Of a stretch of DNA of 64,000 nt, positions 23,741 through 38,282 are shown piece after piece. The notes below the pieces were generated by a model. That model saw only the letters and a program-made list of their open reading frames with translations, made no database searches and was not told the DNA's origin. The stretch is taken from contig NC_068987.1 in the NCBI RefSeq assembly GCF_001194135.2, positions 28,089,547 through 28,153,546 on the forward strand, written 5' to 3'. Source of the DNA: Octopus bimaculoides (taxonomy: Eukaryota). Position 1 is the first letter of the stretch. Every line of letters starts with the position of its first letter. The translations under genes were made by a program, and so were the position numbers.

Positions 23741-23750
<10 letters not shown>
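23560..23750. repeat. Minisatellite of about 34-40 bp (tatttgtgtatgaatgtatacat(at)n g), about 4 units
   Basis: The unit tgtgtatgaatgtatacatatat recurs at about 23602, 23650, 23690 and 23728. Confidence 0.85.
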
Positions 23751-23800
<50 letters not shown>

Positions 23801-25324
23801 GTATGTATAAATATATGTATGTATATATAAAGGTGTATGTATATATATATAATGTGGAACTTGTCTAAATGAAGCTGATTGTATCTATGTCAGAAGAATG
23901 CTGAAACATTTATCTGCATTTAGTGATGTCTAAACACTAAACAAGATGACGTCTTTGTTAGAAAGATAGCAGCAAATGAGAGGGAGGAGGGAGGGAGTTG
24001 TGGCAAGAGAAAGAAAAAATTGGGAAGAGAGAGACAGCCAATGAGAGCCAGGAAGAAAGATGGAATGAAAAGGAAAAGATAAGAGACAAGAGAAAGTGAG
24101 AAGGAGAGAGAAATAGAGATAGATAGACAAAGAGAGAGAAAGAAGGAAATGAGAGGAGAGAGAGAGGGGGAAAATATAGCATATGTGTGTGAGATGAACT
24201 CAAACAATAAACCAGTAAAGTTAAAATTAAACAATCATATGAAGAATGAACTTTCACTTTCGGAAAGTAAAATTTATTTGAGAAACAACTGAAGTTATTG
24301 CCAAGAGATAGTCATTTAATTCATCAAGATTTCTTTAGTGGACATCTGAGTACATAGATAGCTTTAATTTACAATTTGTATCATTAATTTATATCATTTT
24401 ATCANNNNNNNNNNNNNNNNNNNNNNNNNNNNNNNNNNNNNNNNNNNNNNNNNNNNNNNNNNNNNNNNNNNNNNNNNNNNNNNNNNNNNNNNNNNNNNNN
24501 NNNNNNNNNNNNNNNNNNNNNNNNNNNNNNNNNNNNNNNNNNNNNNNNNNNNNNNNNNNNNNNNNNNNNNNNNNNNNNNNNNNNNNNNNNNNNNNNNNNN
24601 NNNNNNNNNNNNNNNNNNNNNNNNNNNNNNNNNNNNNNNNNNNNNNNNNNNNNNNNNNNNNNNNNNNNNNNNNNNNNNNNNNNNNNNNNNNNNNNNNNNN
24701 NNNNNNNNNNNNNNNNNNNNNNNNNNNNNNNNNNNNNNNNNNNNNNNNNNNNNNNNNNNNNNNNNNNNNNNNNNNNNNNNNNNNNNNNNNNNNNNNNNNN
24801 NNNNNNNNNNNNNNNNNNNNNNNNNNNNNNNNNNNNNNNNNNNNNNNNNNNNNNNNNNNNNNNNNNNNNNNNNNNNNNNNNNNNNNNNNNNNNNNNNNNN
24901 NNNNNNNNNNNNNNNNNNNNNNNNNNNNNNNNNNNNNNNNNNNNNNNNNNNNNNNNNNNNNNNNNNNNNNNNNNNNNNNNNNNNNNNNNNNNNNNNNNNN
25001 NNNNNNNNNNNNNNNNNNNNNNNNNNNNNNNNNNNNNNNNNTATATATTCTCCGGGTGGGGGTTTGGAAGCCTTCTGGTATCCTCATCTCTACTTAGTCT
25101 TTCCTTACAAGCATTGATCTACAAATTTTTGAGTTGGACACCAGTTGGATTGATGGAAATAGCCTAGGAAGACTTAGTCATGTCATTGCTATAAGTTCTT
25201 CTCAACTGTAGGTCATGTTATGAAAATATGGATACATTCGGCGCTGATTTCTATTTCAGTTTCTGTAGAAAATTTGAATTCACCAAAATAATGCAAATGA
25301 AATATTCATGGCTTCTGTTAGCTC

Positions 25325-25810
25325 ACCTTTTAACTCACATAACACTATAAAAACGTTTTTTGTCTTTGGTCAGTAAGTGTTATTTCTTATTTCCTTTTAA
25401 CCAGAAATCAAGGAAACGACCAACTATTCAAACTTTGCTTTTGTGATTTTAGACATCACTGTTTTGAGACTGACCTATTTTTCATTACATTTCAGACGGA
25501 TTCAGCACTTAGTTGCTGAAGCAGAAATATAGTTATAGCAAATGTTCTGCTCAACACCACAGATTTGTTTGTCGGTTGCTACACCTTAGCCACTTAATGG
25601 CTGTCAATGTGTGTATCTCTGATCATGAGAATGAGTAGTGGAAAAATACCATAGCCATATGTTGCGACGCATTCTTTGAGATCTTAATAAATGTAACAAA
25701 AGCAAAGTTTGAAAGAAATATTAGCCATTTTTCATACTTTCTAGGGATAAGCAAGCAGGAACTATCAGTTGCTTCGCAGGCACAAAAATCGTGTTACTGT
25801 GTAATGAGAT
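25325..25810. mobile_element. Family F ~480-bp dispersed element, probably a non-autonomous DNA transposon
   Basis: Collinear with 48575-49050 through shared blocks gacctatttt-cattacattt-agac-gattcag-act-agttgctgaagcagaaa and tctcatactttcta-gga...atcagttgct. Weak terminal inverted similarity. Confidence 0.7.
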
Positions 25811-25844
25811 GGTCATGGCAATGAGGAAGTTACTACATAGTCGT

Positions 25845-26040
25845 TCTTTTTGCTAGAAATAGCAAACAAATTATCTCTCAAATGGTACTGAACCGTCTTT
25901 AAAAAAAAAGGAATATTACATATTAGATAATAAAGCAGGTAGAGATAGATAGTTTGTGAAAAGATAGGATGGACATAGAATGTTTTTGAGTATGGGAATA
26001 CCTAATTAAGATTGATTTGGAGTTAAACAACAACGATAAC
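25845..26040 (+). repeat. Family D copy
   Basis: tgctagaaatagcaaacaaattatctctcaaat...gtctttaaaa...aaaagataggatgg...gttaaacaacaac. Confidence 0.6.
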
Positions 26041-26508
26041 TATAACAAGAGCAGGAACAAATAAATGAAGTTAATAAAGACACTTGAATTGCTGGAAATA
26101 GCAGCCATTCTCATTAAAATACACCATGTGGTACGATTCTAAAATTAGAAAACGAAAAAAAAGTCTTTGATCATAAGTCTGCCAGATGAAACTTGGGCCA
26201 TTAGAATCAAACACCTTCTCAAACATATTGACCTGGTCAGTGCCAAATCTCCCTTTGTTGTCTATAAATACTGACACAATTGTAAAATCTCTAGACTGTA
26301 CTGAGCAAACAAATCAATAAATTCAATATTTTATACAGCACAACACTTGCTGCAACAAACGCATGATTAAATACACAAACTGTAACTAAAAAAAGAGACC
26401 ACCACAGATACTTAAATGATCAGAAACCAGCCATCGACATGCACTATTATACTATTATATATGTATGTATGTATGTATGTATATATATCTATCTATATAC
26501 ATACACAC

Positions 26509-26581
<73 letters not shown>

Positions 26582-26697
26582 TATTCTAGTATATATAGTT
26601 ATACAAATATATACGTAACATGATATATATATTTACACGCACACACAAACACGCACAAACACATATACACAAACACACACATACATACTTATATGCA

Positions 26698-26728
<31 letters not shown>

Positions 26729-27003
26729 GCACACATGTATATATATAGATTGATATATATACATATATATATAAGTATGTATGTGTGTTTGTGTATATAT
26801 GTGCTTGTGCGTGTGTGTGTGTGTGTGCGTGCGTGTATAAATATATATATATATATCATGTTACATATATATTTGTATAACTATATATACTAGACATACT
26901 TATATTTACGCTTATATACAATATATATGTAAGCATATGCATACATATACGCACGTATGCCCATACTTAAATGCATACATACATACATATATGCATACAA
27001 ACA

Positions 27004-27116
27004 AACAAAAATAACCTGTTGTTGATGTTGAAATTCCAATAAAGAAGCCTTGGATCTAGGTTAGAAACCAACTCTTTCCCTATTGGCAAGTAATCTTGAA
27101 ATGAAACTGAACAATG
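27004..27116 (-). repeat. Family G ~110-bp repeat embedded in (TACA)n
   Basis: Its reverse complement aligns with 39379-39487 (cttgccaatag-gaaagag--ggtttctaa-ctagat). Confidence 0.8.
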
Positions 27117-29444
27117 ACATACATACGTACATACATACACACACACACACACATAGATATTATAATAAAGGCAGTTGAGTATTTATAGATTCTGTTTGCT
27201 ACGAAGGGAGATAATTCTAATCATTGTGAAATTACCCCAATCCCTTTTGCTCGCATTCACACTCTTAATCAATTGCTAACCTTGCAACAGAACATCGTGG
27301 GTGTACAACTTATGTCTAGAGGAAACGCTGGAGATCATCGCATCCAGAGAAAACATAATTAATAGACACCTTAAAATTATTAGATCATATAAGCATAAAA
27401 ACAAGGCAGCATTCCTAGAATTCGAAAAAACAAAACAAAAAAAAATGACTACATTTTGAAGTAGAAAGACACTAAACGCCTTTAGCATATAACAGAACAA
27501 GAGAAGAGCATAAACAACTAAACAAAATAACCACAATTTTCATATGCTATATGCTATACCGTTATACCAACAAAAGTAATTAAAAAGTCATTTTAAGAAA
27601 GCAACATATGTCAACTCAGATAATGAACAACTGGGTAGATGTAATGGGTGTATTTGCTCATCCGACTACTTTGTATTCATTGCTGTGAGGGCCTGCTGGG
27701 AATAAGATGAAATAAAGGAACCATACTACCCATCCTGACATCTGCATACTCAAATATCAAAATAAGTCCAACATCATCACACATACCTCCACCTCCTTAT
27801 AACTAGCATTCCATCCTTTCCTTTCATTACCTTCCACCGCTCCCCACCAAATACACACTCATAGAAATGCCTACATACCCCAATCAACCTTCTCATTGGT
27901 CAAAATTGGTAAACAACCTTCAGCTAAACATCTATTAATGCTATTTCGCCCGAAGAAATGAATGCATGAACATGATCTACCCGATGCCCATGAATACTGT
28001 GGACTGCAATATATTTATCCCAGGAATACGGACTATGATCTTAAGAAACATGGAACTTGCAGAAAGGATTATTATTGCCATTACTATACGCATACACACA
28101 CATACATATATATGTACATCTATGTGAATATGTATATACATGTACATACATGTATATAAATGCATACATATATATATGCATGTATTTATATCTGTATAAA
28201 TATACATGCATTATACACAGACATGCGAACACACACACACAGACACACACAACATACATACTACATGCATAGCCACATTATATAATTGTGTTTACTGTCC
28301 TATATCAAAATATATTGGGTAAGTGTTTGACGTATATGTTCAATACTTCAGCTTCAAACAATTCGTACCTGTCATTTTATGATTAAATAGCAGAAACTAT
28401 ATCTAAAGCAAAGAATAAATTAGTAAGCGGCGGAGAAAATTTAAGAAGTGCATTTCTCGTTCAGTTTCCTTTCTTCCTGCTGTGTTTTGTTTGAACACAT
28501 GTTTTCACAGCTTGATACAAAAAAGTATATAAAGGAAATTAAAACTACAAATACATAAATACATCAAAAATTGCTGCAAGGAAGCTTATTTTATTCCTGT
28601 TTATAAAACGTAAAAATTTTCATATTTTAATATATAATTTTGCTTATTTTCAATGTTTCATATAATTTATTTATTCATTGATGATGAAAAGAAAACCATC
28701 TAAAATTTACTTTGAGAGTGAACGAGATGAGTATATTGTTGGAAATACCAACGTTGTATGCTCTGCTAACATTTAAGATAAAGGTTCGTGTTTATTGTGA
28801 ATTGTCACAATGATATTATATTCACTCCTTAACAATTTGTGTCAAGTTTATTGATGTTTTTTGCATTTTTTCATTACTAGTCAAATTAAGTATTGGCCTC
28901 AAAATAATCCTTTCTTTTTAAAACGACAGCATTGAAAAGAGAGTGTATTTCTATCAGCCGCACTTCGTAAGCTACATCATGAAAAGCAACAGTTTATAAC
29001 AATAGCACTCTATAGGATACTTGGCTCGATGACATTCATAAAGAAAAAAAATGAATTCTTTGAATTTTAATATTTTTATTGCCTTCTTTAACTTGCACTA
29101 CAAATAAACTTCAGACATTGTCTTGAAACTATAGTTGATGTAGACAGCGTATACGACTTTAAAATGTACTATTATGTTTAAAGTGGTTTTGCCTTCTGAC
29201 TAAATTTATAAAAACCAAGTAAAATAAACTTCTTTATGTCAACCCCAAAGGTAGTCGTGAGTAACTTTGCCTTCCATGTCACAATGATTTGACAATACCA
29301 AATCTCACTTCGATTCATCGATTTTAGAAATCTGAAAAGAACATAATATGACTGAAGTACAAAATTATTTTCTTCAAAGTCCGAGGATTCTTGAAGCTGG
29401 ATTTATTTGACAAGATCCAGAAGTTTCTTATTTTTAAAGACAGA

Positions 29445-29612
29445 AAAAGAAGCGCAAGTTTGATTGTGTGGTTAAGAAGTGCCCTTTGAAACTAAGTGAT
29501 TTTTGGTTCCATCCCACTGTACCACATCGTAGGAAACTGCCGTCATATCTCACTATATGTTTAGGTCAAAGAAAGCCTTGTGAGTAAAACTTAGCAGACG
29601 AAAACTGTGAGC
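29445..29612 (+). mobile_element. Degenerate family A SINE head
   Basis: tgtgtggttaagaag...ggttccatcccactg...aaagccttgtgagtaaaacttagcagacgaaaactg. Confidence 0.65.
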
Positions 29613-29984
29613 ATGTCATTTAGAGTGAACATTGCCCGGCTTAATATCCTTTGGGGGCATTTAACGGAGTTCGACTAGTTGTAAACATTTAGGCCAGTTT
29701 TCCGAAATATTACAATATACTTGAAACAACGGATGTTTATTTATTATTTGTACAAATTTGTTATTCTTTTCTATTCTGCATAGTGAAAAAGAAAAAAGAT
29801 GGAAGCATTTTTTTCTCTAATATTACCCAGGGAATTTACTTCAAGCCTGGAAAGCTATAGCAACAAGTAACCTTTTGAATTGTCATTAAACTTACTAGAA
29901 ATAGTTTCCAGATCTCCCTAAAATTAGACTGTCTGAAAAACAGGAAGTATACATTCAAGCAGTTCTTCGTACTTTAGGTAGAAC

Positions 29985-30200
29985 ACTTGAAAGGGTGTGT
30001 GTGTGAATGGATTAGTCGATTACAATGACTCGAAGCCGTAACGGGCATTACATTCAAGCGACCTCGAAAGGATGAAAGGCAAAATCGAATACGGCAGGAT
30101 TTGAACTCAGAATATAAATCTTAAAAAAAGTTTAAAAAAAAAAATAAAAAACCGCCGCTGATCAGTTTTCTCTGGCATATTACGGATTCTGCCAGCTCAC
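29985..30200 (-). mobile_element. Family B SINE
   Basis: cgacctcgaaaggatgaaaggcaaaatcgaatacggcaggatttgaactcagaat...gattctgccagctcac. Confidence 0.8.
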
Positions 30201-30923
30201 AATCTTTCAGAGAATAAATTACAAGAAATAAAATTGACTTTCAGTATATACTGTCCGTCGTTACTGTTAACAAGCCGACACGTACTGTTTACTCCTTTGT
30301 AGAGAAACATTATAAAACATTATAAATTTAGTGGGTGTTTTTTTTAGAGTAATAGAAATTGTAAGTTGTTTTACAAACTTGAATAAATTTAAAATCAATC
30401 AGTTTTATGTATTAGGTAGACTAATAACTTCCCACATATTTAATTGAAATCAGAGTTAAATGTACGTAATTTAGAATTGTATAGCAATAAAAAAAGATAC
30501 TGATATTGTTGAAAATATTTTACTGCATTATAAAATAAAGAAATTAAGAGAAAAATTAAAACATAATTGATATTATTTTTCAACAAATTTATTTCTATCT
30601 GTTCGACATGAAACAAAAGACAAAAAGAAAAACAAAACCTGTAGTCAATGGCAGGTAATATATCTTCTAATTTACAACCCAAGTTAGTATTAAAATGTTA
30701 ATTACTAACAAGTCATGTTTCCTGATTTTAAAAGAAGGAAGCTTTTTAGATGGAAATTAGGTGAGTTAAAAAACAAAACAAAACACAGATTGCCTTCAAT
30801 TTACATATCTATGTATGTATATATGTGAATGTTTAATATATATGCATACATACAATAACATCCATCCATTCATATATACAAACAGATACATAAACACACA
30901 TACACGCACTTATATGTGTATTC

Positions 30924-30992
<69 letters not shown>

Positions 30993-31458
30993 TGTTGATA
31001 TATATACATACCTATACATTTATACATATATACACACATACATATTCATGCATACGCTCAAACTCAAATATATGTATGCACATATATGGATATGTGTATG
31101 TGTTCATGTGTATACATGTGTGAGTTGTATATTTATAACTGTATTTATATGTGCGTGTGTGCAAATGTGTGTACGATATATGTCATTAAATTTCATTTTA
31201 CTACAAAAGATACTTTATTTTTTTCTTCTAGTAGAAAATATCCCAATTAGAGGTGAAACATTCAATTTACACATCATCAAAGGCGTTCCTTTATTTTTAA
31301 TGAACATCTGACATACTTGCCGTGCTATGTAGCTAACAGCTTGAGCGTAATAAAATCAATTATGAATATAATGTATTTCTGTATAGCAGCAATGTTCATA
31401 TATTCCGTCGAGACAGGCTACAATTATTGCAATTATATAAACACAGAAATAAGCACCA

Positions 31459-31499
<41 letters not shown>

Positions 31500-31664
31500 A
31501 ACACGCACACATGTACATACATGCATACATATATTTGTACATGTTTATATCCATGCAAATATTCATACATATCCATGCATTCATGTATGCATGTATGTAT
31601 GCATATATAATAGATTCTTATACATGGACATACATATATCTGTATATAAATACGTATATATATG

Positions 31665-31712
<48 letters not shown>

Positions 31713-32865
31713 TATGTAGATACGTATGCAGAATGCAATGAGCGTAGTTTACAATGTGCAATTCATATATACATACATAAAATTTATGTACCAGAAATAT
31801 ATAGAATTCGCATTATATAGAATTCGCACTACAAACACACACAGAGATGCACAGGCACATACACACACGCACACATACACACTAATACACACATAGAGAG
31901 AGAGCTATGGGTGTCTGTATATATAAATATACATGTACATACATGCATGTATACACATTCATATATACATATACACATGTATATGGATATTTATATATAT
32001 ATATACTCACACGTACGTACACATATACTATATATATATATATATGAATGCGTACGTATGTATATAAGTATACGTACACACGTCACAACATATATATTAC
32101 ACACACAATTATATGTTATTATACCTTAAATATAGTTCTGTTTAAAATTTTATTTTTATTCAGTTTTTGTTGGAAAGTATAATTAGATTAAAATAATATG
32201 TTTTCCTTTTAATGACATTAAATACGAGTGATTCACAAGTGATTAACGACTTTTGTATATAGTTCGAGGACAAAGAGTATTACATGTCTTAAATCCGTTC
32301 ATTTACATAAAGTATCTATACAGCAACAATAATATATTCATTGTTATATATATATATTGTTACATTTCTTATTTAATAATTGCTTGTATGAGTTTTAGCA
32401 TCATTCTTCAAACGATCGGATATGTTATGAACTTGCGCTAGATCTAACGTCTAAACTAGAAAGGAAATCGTTGACGCAAATCGAGACAAACTAAAATGAT
32501 CTATACTGTGAAGCTAAAACCTCACTTCTGCTAACATATTAATGATTATCAATTCTGCTTCTACGCCTATCGGTTCTCTGATCCTACAAAAGAGACTCTA
32601 CCTGGTCGCTCACTCAGACGAGAATTCGTAGGTGTATTACCATCAGAAGAAACTTTACCGTCTTAAAAATACAGGAAATATATTCAGTACTAAATACTCT
32701 ATGGTGGAATAAATGACTGTGTTGCCAGAACTTGCACACTTTTGATAGTAACTCTTTCTGCTTTGATCAGGATAGACTTTGGACTACGCAAAAAAAATAT
32801 AAGTAAATGGCCCTTGTTGACATTCTTACTGGCTCTCAGTATTTTTTGGCTACATCAATCTATAG

Positions 32866-33123
32866 CAGTGTTTCTCAACTCCTCTTTTGTACTTATGGGC
32901 TTCTTTGATTCATGTTTTATTTGGGTGGACCTTCCTAGCGATTCAATATTTAAAGAATCCTTTTATGTTTTTACGATTCTATATTAATAGGAATTGTATT
33001 TAAATAATTGTTAATATATTATGGGCATTGTAGAAGTATAACCAATTTATTCAACATAAATTTTAGCAACAAAATCAGATATGGACCCCCAAAAGCCATA
33101 TGGACTCCAGTTGAGGACCCCTG
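32866..33123. mobile_element. hAT-type MITE, 258 bp
   Basis: TIRs CAGTGTTTCTCAACT and (minus strand) CAGGGGTCCTCAACT. Perfect 8-bp TSD ATCTATAG at 32858-32865 and 33124-33131. Confidence 0.9.
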
Positions 33124-34227
33124 ATCTATAGTGTAATCGGTAATACCGTAGTTCATTAGGTGATAGACACAAATCTCATAGCATAAATGTGCCTCGTAAT
33201 GATTTTGAAAGTAATAGCTAAAGCACATCAGTACTTAACGTACTTCAATCTCAGTAATATAGATTACACATTTGTACAGATGCACGCGTGCATAAACATT
33301 CACAGGTACACACGCGCGCGCACAGACAGAGACATAGACACACACACACACATTAATGCGATACAATATTTCCTTCCAGTCTTGCTTTCCAGCTTTCCAA
33401 TTCCATAAAATAAGTGATAAATTGTGCATTAAAACATTGAATGCAGTCAGCAAAAAGAGTTTAATTTTAAAAAATTACTCTTGTATAGAAGAAAGGGAAA
33501 AGGCATAATCTTAATGACAAGCCCAGGTCAAGAATAGTAAGGGTGATAACTCTTGAATATGAATTTAACAAAAGAAGTATTTGATGAAGAATGAGGATGA
33601 TTCTTGGCAGCCTGGGCATCTTCCAATCTTATTATACCTTACCAGTGAAAAATAGTGACACAATATTATCAGCTCTAATCCCCACTTCGAATTTGTATCC
33701 TTGTGCTAATCTACGAAACCATTTTAATAAGGGTACAAATTCAGGATTTTTACTTGATGTCATGAGTTCAACTCCCGTTCGAGTTCAATATAAATCACGT
33801 AAGTTTAACGGTGATAAAATGAATATCAAGCATCTAATGAAATCGATTTGATTTATAATACACCTCCCCTACAGATTTCCGTCCTTGTGCCAATCGGAAA
33901 AAATCAATATAAGCTGATTATGATATCCAGAGAGGATTTCGATAAAAACAGAACTTTAAAAACGTGCATGAAGTAATAATTATATAATAGTATTGAATAT
34001 GTAATAATATAGGAACAAGCTTGATTTAATCAATTATTATATGAATATTTTGTGTTAAATTAATTATGTTATCGTACATTACATTTTCTTATATCATTAA
34101 TAATATTTCATACTTGGATTCTCCGATACCAATCTCGATATACATACATACATACATACATACACACACACATGCATGCATACATGCATGCATACATATT
34201 TATATACATGTATACAGTCACACATGT

Positions 34228-34595
34228 ATATTCTTTTATTCTTTTACTTGTTTTAGTCATTTGACTGCGGCCATACTGGAGCACCGCATTTTAGACGAAG
34301 AAATCGACCCCACGACTTATCCTTTTGTAAGCCTGGTGCTTATCATTCTGTCGGTCTCTTTGCAAACCGTTAAGTTACGGGGACGTAAACATCCCAACAT
34401 CGGTTTGGTGGTGGAGGAGCAAACACAGACAGAAACATACACACATATATTCTTTCATTCTTTTATTTGTTTCAGTCATTTGACTGCAGCCATGCTGGAG
34501 CACCACCTTTAGTCGAGCAAACCGACCCCAGGACTTATTCTTTGTAAACCTAATACTTATTCTATCGGTCTCTTTTGCCGAAGCACTAAGTTATA
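34228..34595 (-). mobile_element. Two tandem family A SINE 3' halves
   Basis: The block cttttat/acttgttt-agtcatttgactgc-gccat-ctggagcacc occurs twice, at about 34240 and 34460. Confidence 0.88.
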
Positions 34596-35190
34596 TGCCT
34601 CAAAATTTGCCTCAAAATATGCGATTATATGCCTCAAAATAAAGCTGTCAGGCTATGTTACTACCAACATATGTATGTCGTAATACGTAAGCGCGTACAC
34701 TCATACACATATACACACACTCAAACGCACACACCTGTGCATGGTTGGTTAATGCATTCTTCGGCCATTACTCAGATGTGTGTTTTATTTTTCAAATAAT
34801 CGTGAAGTTTGAAGCATTAGCCCTGTTCAGCTTGAAAGGTGTTTCCATATTTGGTCTACGGCAAGCTAAATTGCATCATACAAACGTATTGCGAAAAACG
34901 AGAAAGGTTACTACTTAGATCATTGCAAGTTGTTCATAAAAAAATAAGGGAGGCAGCTTTACTGAAGTCAAATTTCGTTAAGAAAAAGATTAACTGTTTG
35001 ATCCACCGTGGGATTATTTTCCGAGTTGGTTTGTTGAACTGAGCCAGAAAAAATGTTCGCTTGTGATGAGTGCATGCATATACATACCTGTATATGCATA
35101 ATGATACTAACTCTCTCTCTCTCTTGTCCTTGTCTCTTTCACCTTATTTCTCTCTCTGTATATATGTATATATACATATATATTCGCATA

Positions 35191-35229
<39 letters not shown>

Positions 35230-35350
35230 TCGTTTATGTGTTTGTATTTGTACTAGAGTAGTATGTTCGCGTGTATCTTTATGCAAATATCAGTATGAAA
35301 GAACATATACATGCACACATACAAATATACATACATATTCATACACACAT

Positions 35351-35396
<46 letters not shown>

Positions 35397-35397
35397 G

Positions 35398-35463
<66 letters not shown>

Positions 35464-35921
35464 TATATGTGTATGTATACATGTTTTAGTTGATCTGTGT
35501 TTGCGAATATACTCACATTATGTGCATGTGTGTGTATGTGTACTTGTATATGTGGGTGTATTTCTTTGTATGAATGCTTGTACATGTACACGTATGCAAT
35601 CGTAGCTAAGTTTACTTTTTCTACACTTGGTCAACAACAGGATGTGAATTCTCGAATTTCTCTTTTGAAGTGGACACTGTCAGTTTCTGTTAGTTGAACA
35701 GTCGCCGTCTCGAGTATATTTATTCAGCATTTAGTCAATATAATCCAATATAATAAACTTCATGAGTTTCTAATGAATTTTATCAATTATTGGGAAACTG
35801 ATTCAATTTTCACTTTTCATCCAGTAATATAATCAAGAAAGCAATCCTTACAATATCGGCTACAGATAGATATCGATATGCAATAAATGATTTTATAGAA
35901 TCATCTAGACGAATCTCTCTC

Positions 35922-35957
<36 letters not shown>

Positions 35958-35988
35958 ATCTTAANNNNNNNNNNGACGAATCTCTCTC

Positions 35989-36024
<36 letters not shown>

Positions 36025-38282
36025 ATCTTAAATCTGTTCGTCACTCATATTGTTTCTCCCATGATGTTAGAGTAATATTTGTTGTTCTTGTTACTGCTGT
36101 TGTCTTTTTAGCCATGAACTATCCCTTGTTAAGCAGACAAATGATCAAAGACGTTAAGAGTACACTGGCCAAAGTATATTTCCTTTCCTTACAAATGTAT
36201 ATGATTTGATGACACGTCGAAGATCCCTAAGTTACTCCCTCGTTGACTTGCCGTTGTAGGTGACGGCGGTAGCTTTGTCGCTAGACCCATATCATTCCTA
36301 TTTGAGCAAACCTGTCTTGAGATTCCATTAGTGACCACTCCTTTATTTTAGTTGGTATACAGAACATTATGCAACGTATCTTTTTCTCCGGTAACTATAA
36401 ATACTGCGTGTGGTCCGAAGTTTGGATGGATTAATTACCATGTGGAGATGATAGCCTCTATGATAGTCTATATGTCGTCTCATGATTCTGGCGCTGGTGG
36501 TAAAGATGATATGATTTTTACTGTAAAAATAACGCATCTGAATCGAACTCACGAGTCTTTCGATTCACAAACGAAAAAGAATTTTTAAGTAATGTTACTT
36601 ATGGTCATCAGAAAAGCCATATAGATTTCCTTAGCTTTTTAGTTGCTGAAGAGATATATGTTTGTCGAGTAAAATGTCGAACTTGGTTACCATCCTCACT
36701 TGGAAAATAAATATTTCATATGCATATACGATGTTGATTGTTCTGTCATTTTGCTGATGAAATAGATCTAAGATCAAGGATATTTCATTCGCAATCACCG
36801 CATCTGAGACAATGCATCTAGGATTACATTATTATAAGTATACGAATAGGATTAAGATAACAAGAAGATGAGAACAGGAAACAATTTCGCTCCTCTTCTG
36901 TAATTTACAAATGTGTGCTTCAATAAGATATTAAAATACATTTGAACAATACAATGGCCAGTCATGAGACCAAATGCGCTTTCATCATTCAGTTGTAACC
37001 TCTTACATTCTAATTTCAAATCCTACCAGTATCAACTTCACGTTTTATCTGTCTATGCTCGATGAAACACAGCTATATATAACACTGACTCAAGTCAATT
37101 GTAACCATATACATTCAGTATTAATCTATGTTAAGAATGGTGATTTCCAGTTTGTTCTATGTTTAATGAGTTTGTCAGAGTAGGCGGGACAGCATCTATG
37201 ACATTTTTTAGGGCACATGGTTCAGGTGAGAGGAAAGGTGGAAATTATACTCGGATCAGACACCTGGCCTTAAATGCTTGCAACAGAGTAAACTCTTCTA
37301 AAGGTCTACTGGGATCAAATGATGGTGTTAAACCGAGTGATAAAATTAAGTCAACCATCAAAGAATCCAAACATGATAGAAAATTTGGATCCCTTGGATA
37401 TTAATTCTACTCATCAACCTCATTCATGTATATGAATATTAATTTTGCAAATTAATATTAACAATAATTTCTCGCATTGACATAATGCTATAAGGTGGGT
37501 GGTAAACATAATGCTCTGAGGTGGGTGATAAACAAAGTATATTAAACAGATTACTGTACAAGACTTATACTTATTTTTACCGAAGGCTGGGAGGTGAAAT
37601 GCCAAGTCAACTTCAGCGATATATGATATTAGATGTAACTCAATTATCTGAAGTCATTGTAACTTGTTTTCTCCGGCTTCTAACGCAACATCACACTCCA
37701 GTAAAATAATATTGATTCTTAATACTGGCCACATATTTTCTGGTATAGAACACTTGATTTTACCAATCCCAGTATTTAACTGTTCGTATTTATTTTATCA
37801 AATGCGGGAAGATGAAAGGCAAGAAAAAAAAAATGACCTCCGAAAGATTTGAACTCTCTACTATAAGAAGTGTCATCAAATACCACAAGTCATTTTGACC
37901 AATCTTCTACTGCAACTACCGCAGTATACTTTTCCAGTAAGTTAATAATACTGCACGAGGACAAAGTAGTGATTTATTTACCTCAGGTAATCGGACTATT
38001 TTTTGATTTTTTGTTTTTACAAGGGTATAAGTTATAAACCTATTGAATCAACTCTAAGATCTTACTGCAACTAATTTAATCAGCTGCGGCAAGGATGAAA
38101 GCTGGTATAGAACAATAAAGCAATGGATGTTAAGGTACTGAATGAAATAGCGTAAAGCGTCTGAACTGTTTCCTTATCCTCTCAGCCGTTTCCGCCATCT
38201 TTAAATATTGTCACACTGTAAGCTGTAATCCGATTCCAGTACAAATAATTGTATTTTAGGTCACTTGTGTTTCTATTCACAG

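Noticed and set aside
34593-34645. Short tandem duplications (tgcctcaaaat x3; also 31797-31829 and 37488-37539)
   Set aside because: Only 2-3 irregular units from local slippage. Not a CRISPR-like or functional array.
35899-36030. Direct duplication of gacgaa(tc)n...catcttaa on both sides of a 10-N gap
   Set aside because: This is a typical unmerged contig overlap, an assembly artefact.
36750-36790. CTGATGA motifs here and at about 4230 and 60800 tested as further hammerheads
   Set aside because: None has a stem II/GAAA/stem III/stem I arrangement.
36352-37404. Natural-looking 70-80-aa ORFs at 36352, 36974 and 37159
   Set aside because: No recognisable motifs. They are interspersed with decayed SINE fragments. 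Only 36363-36499 is kept, as a speculative exon option.
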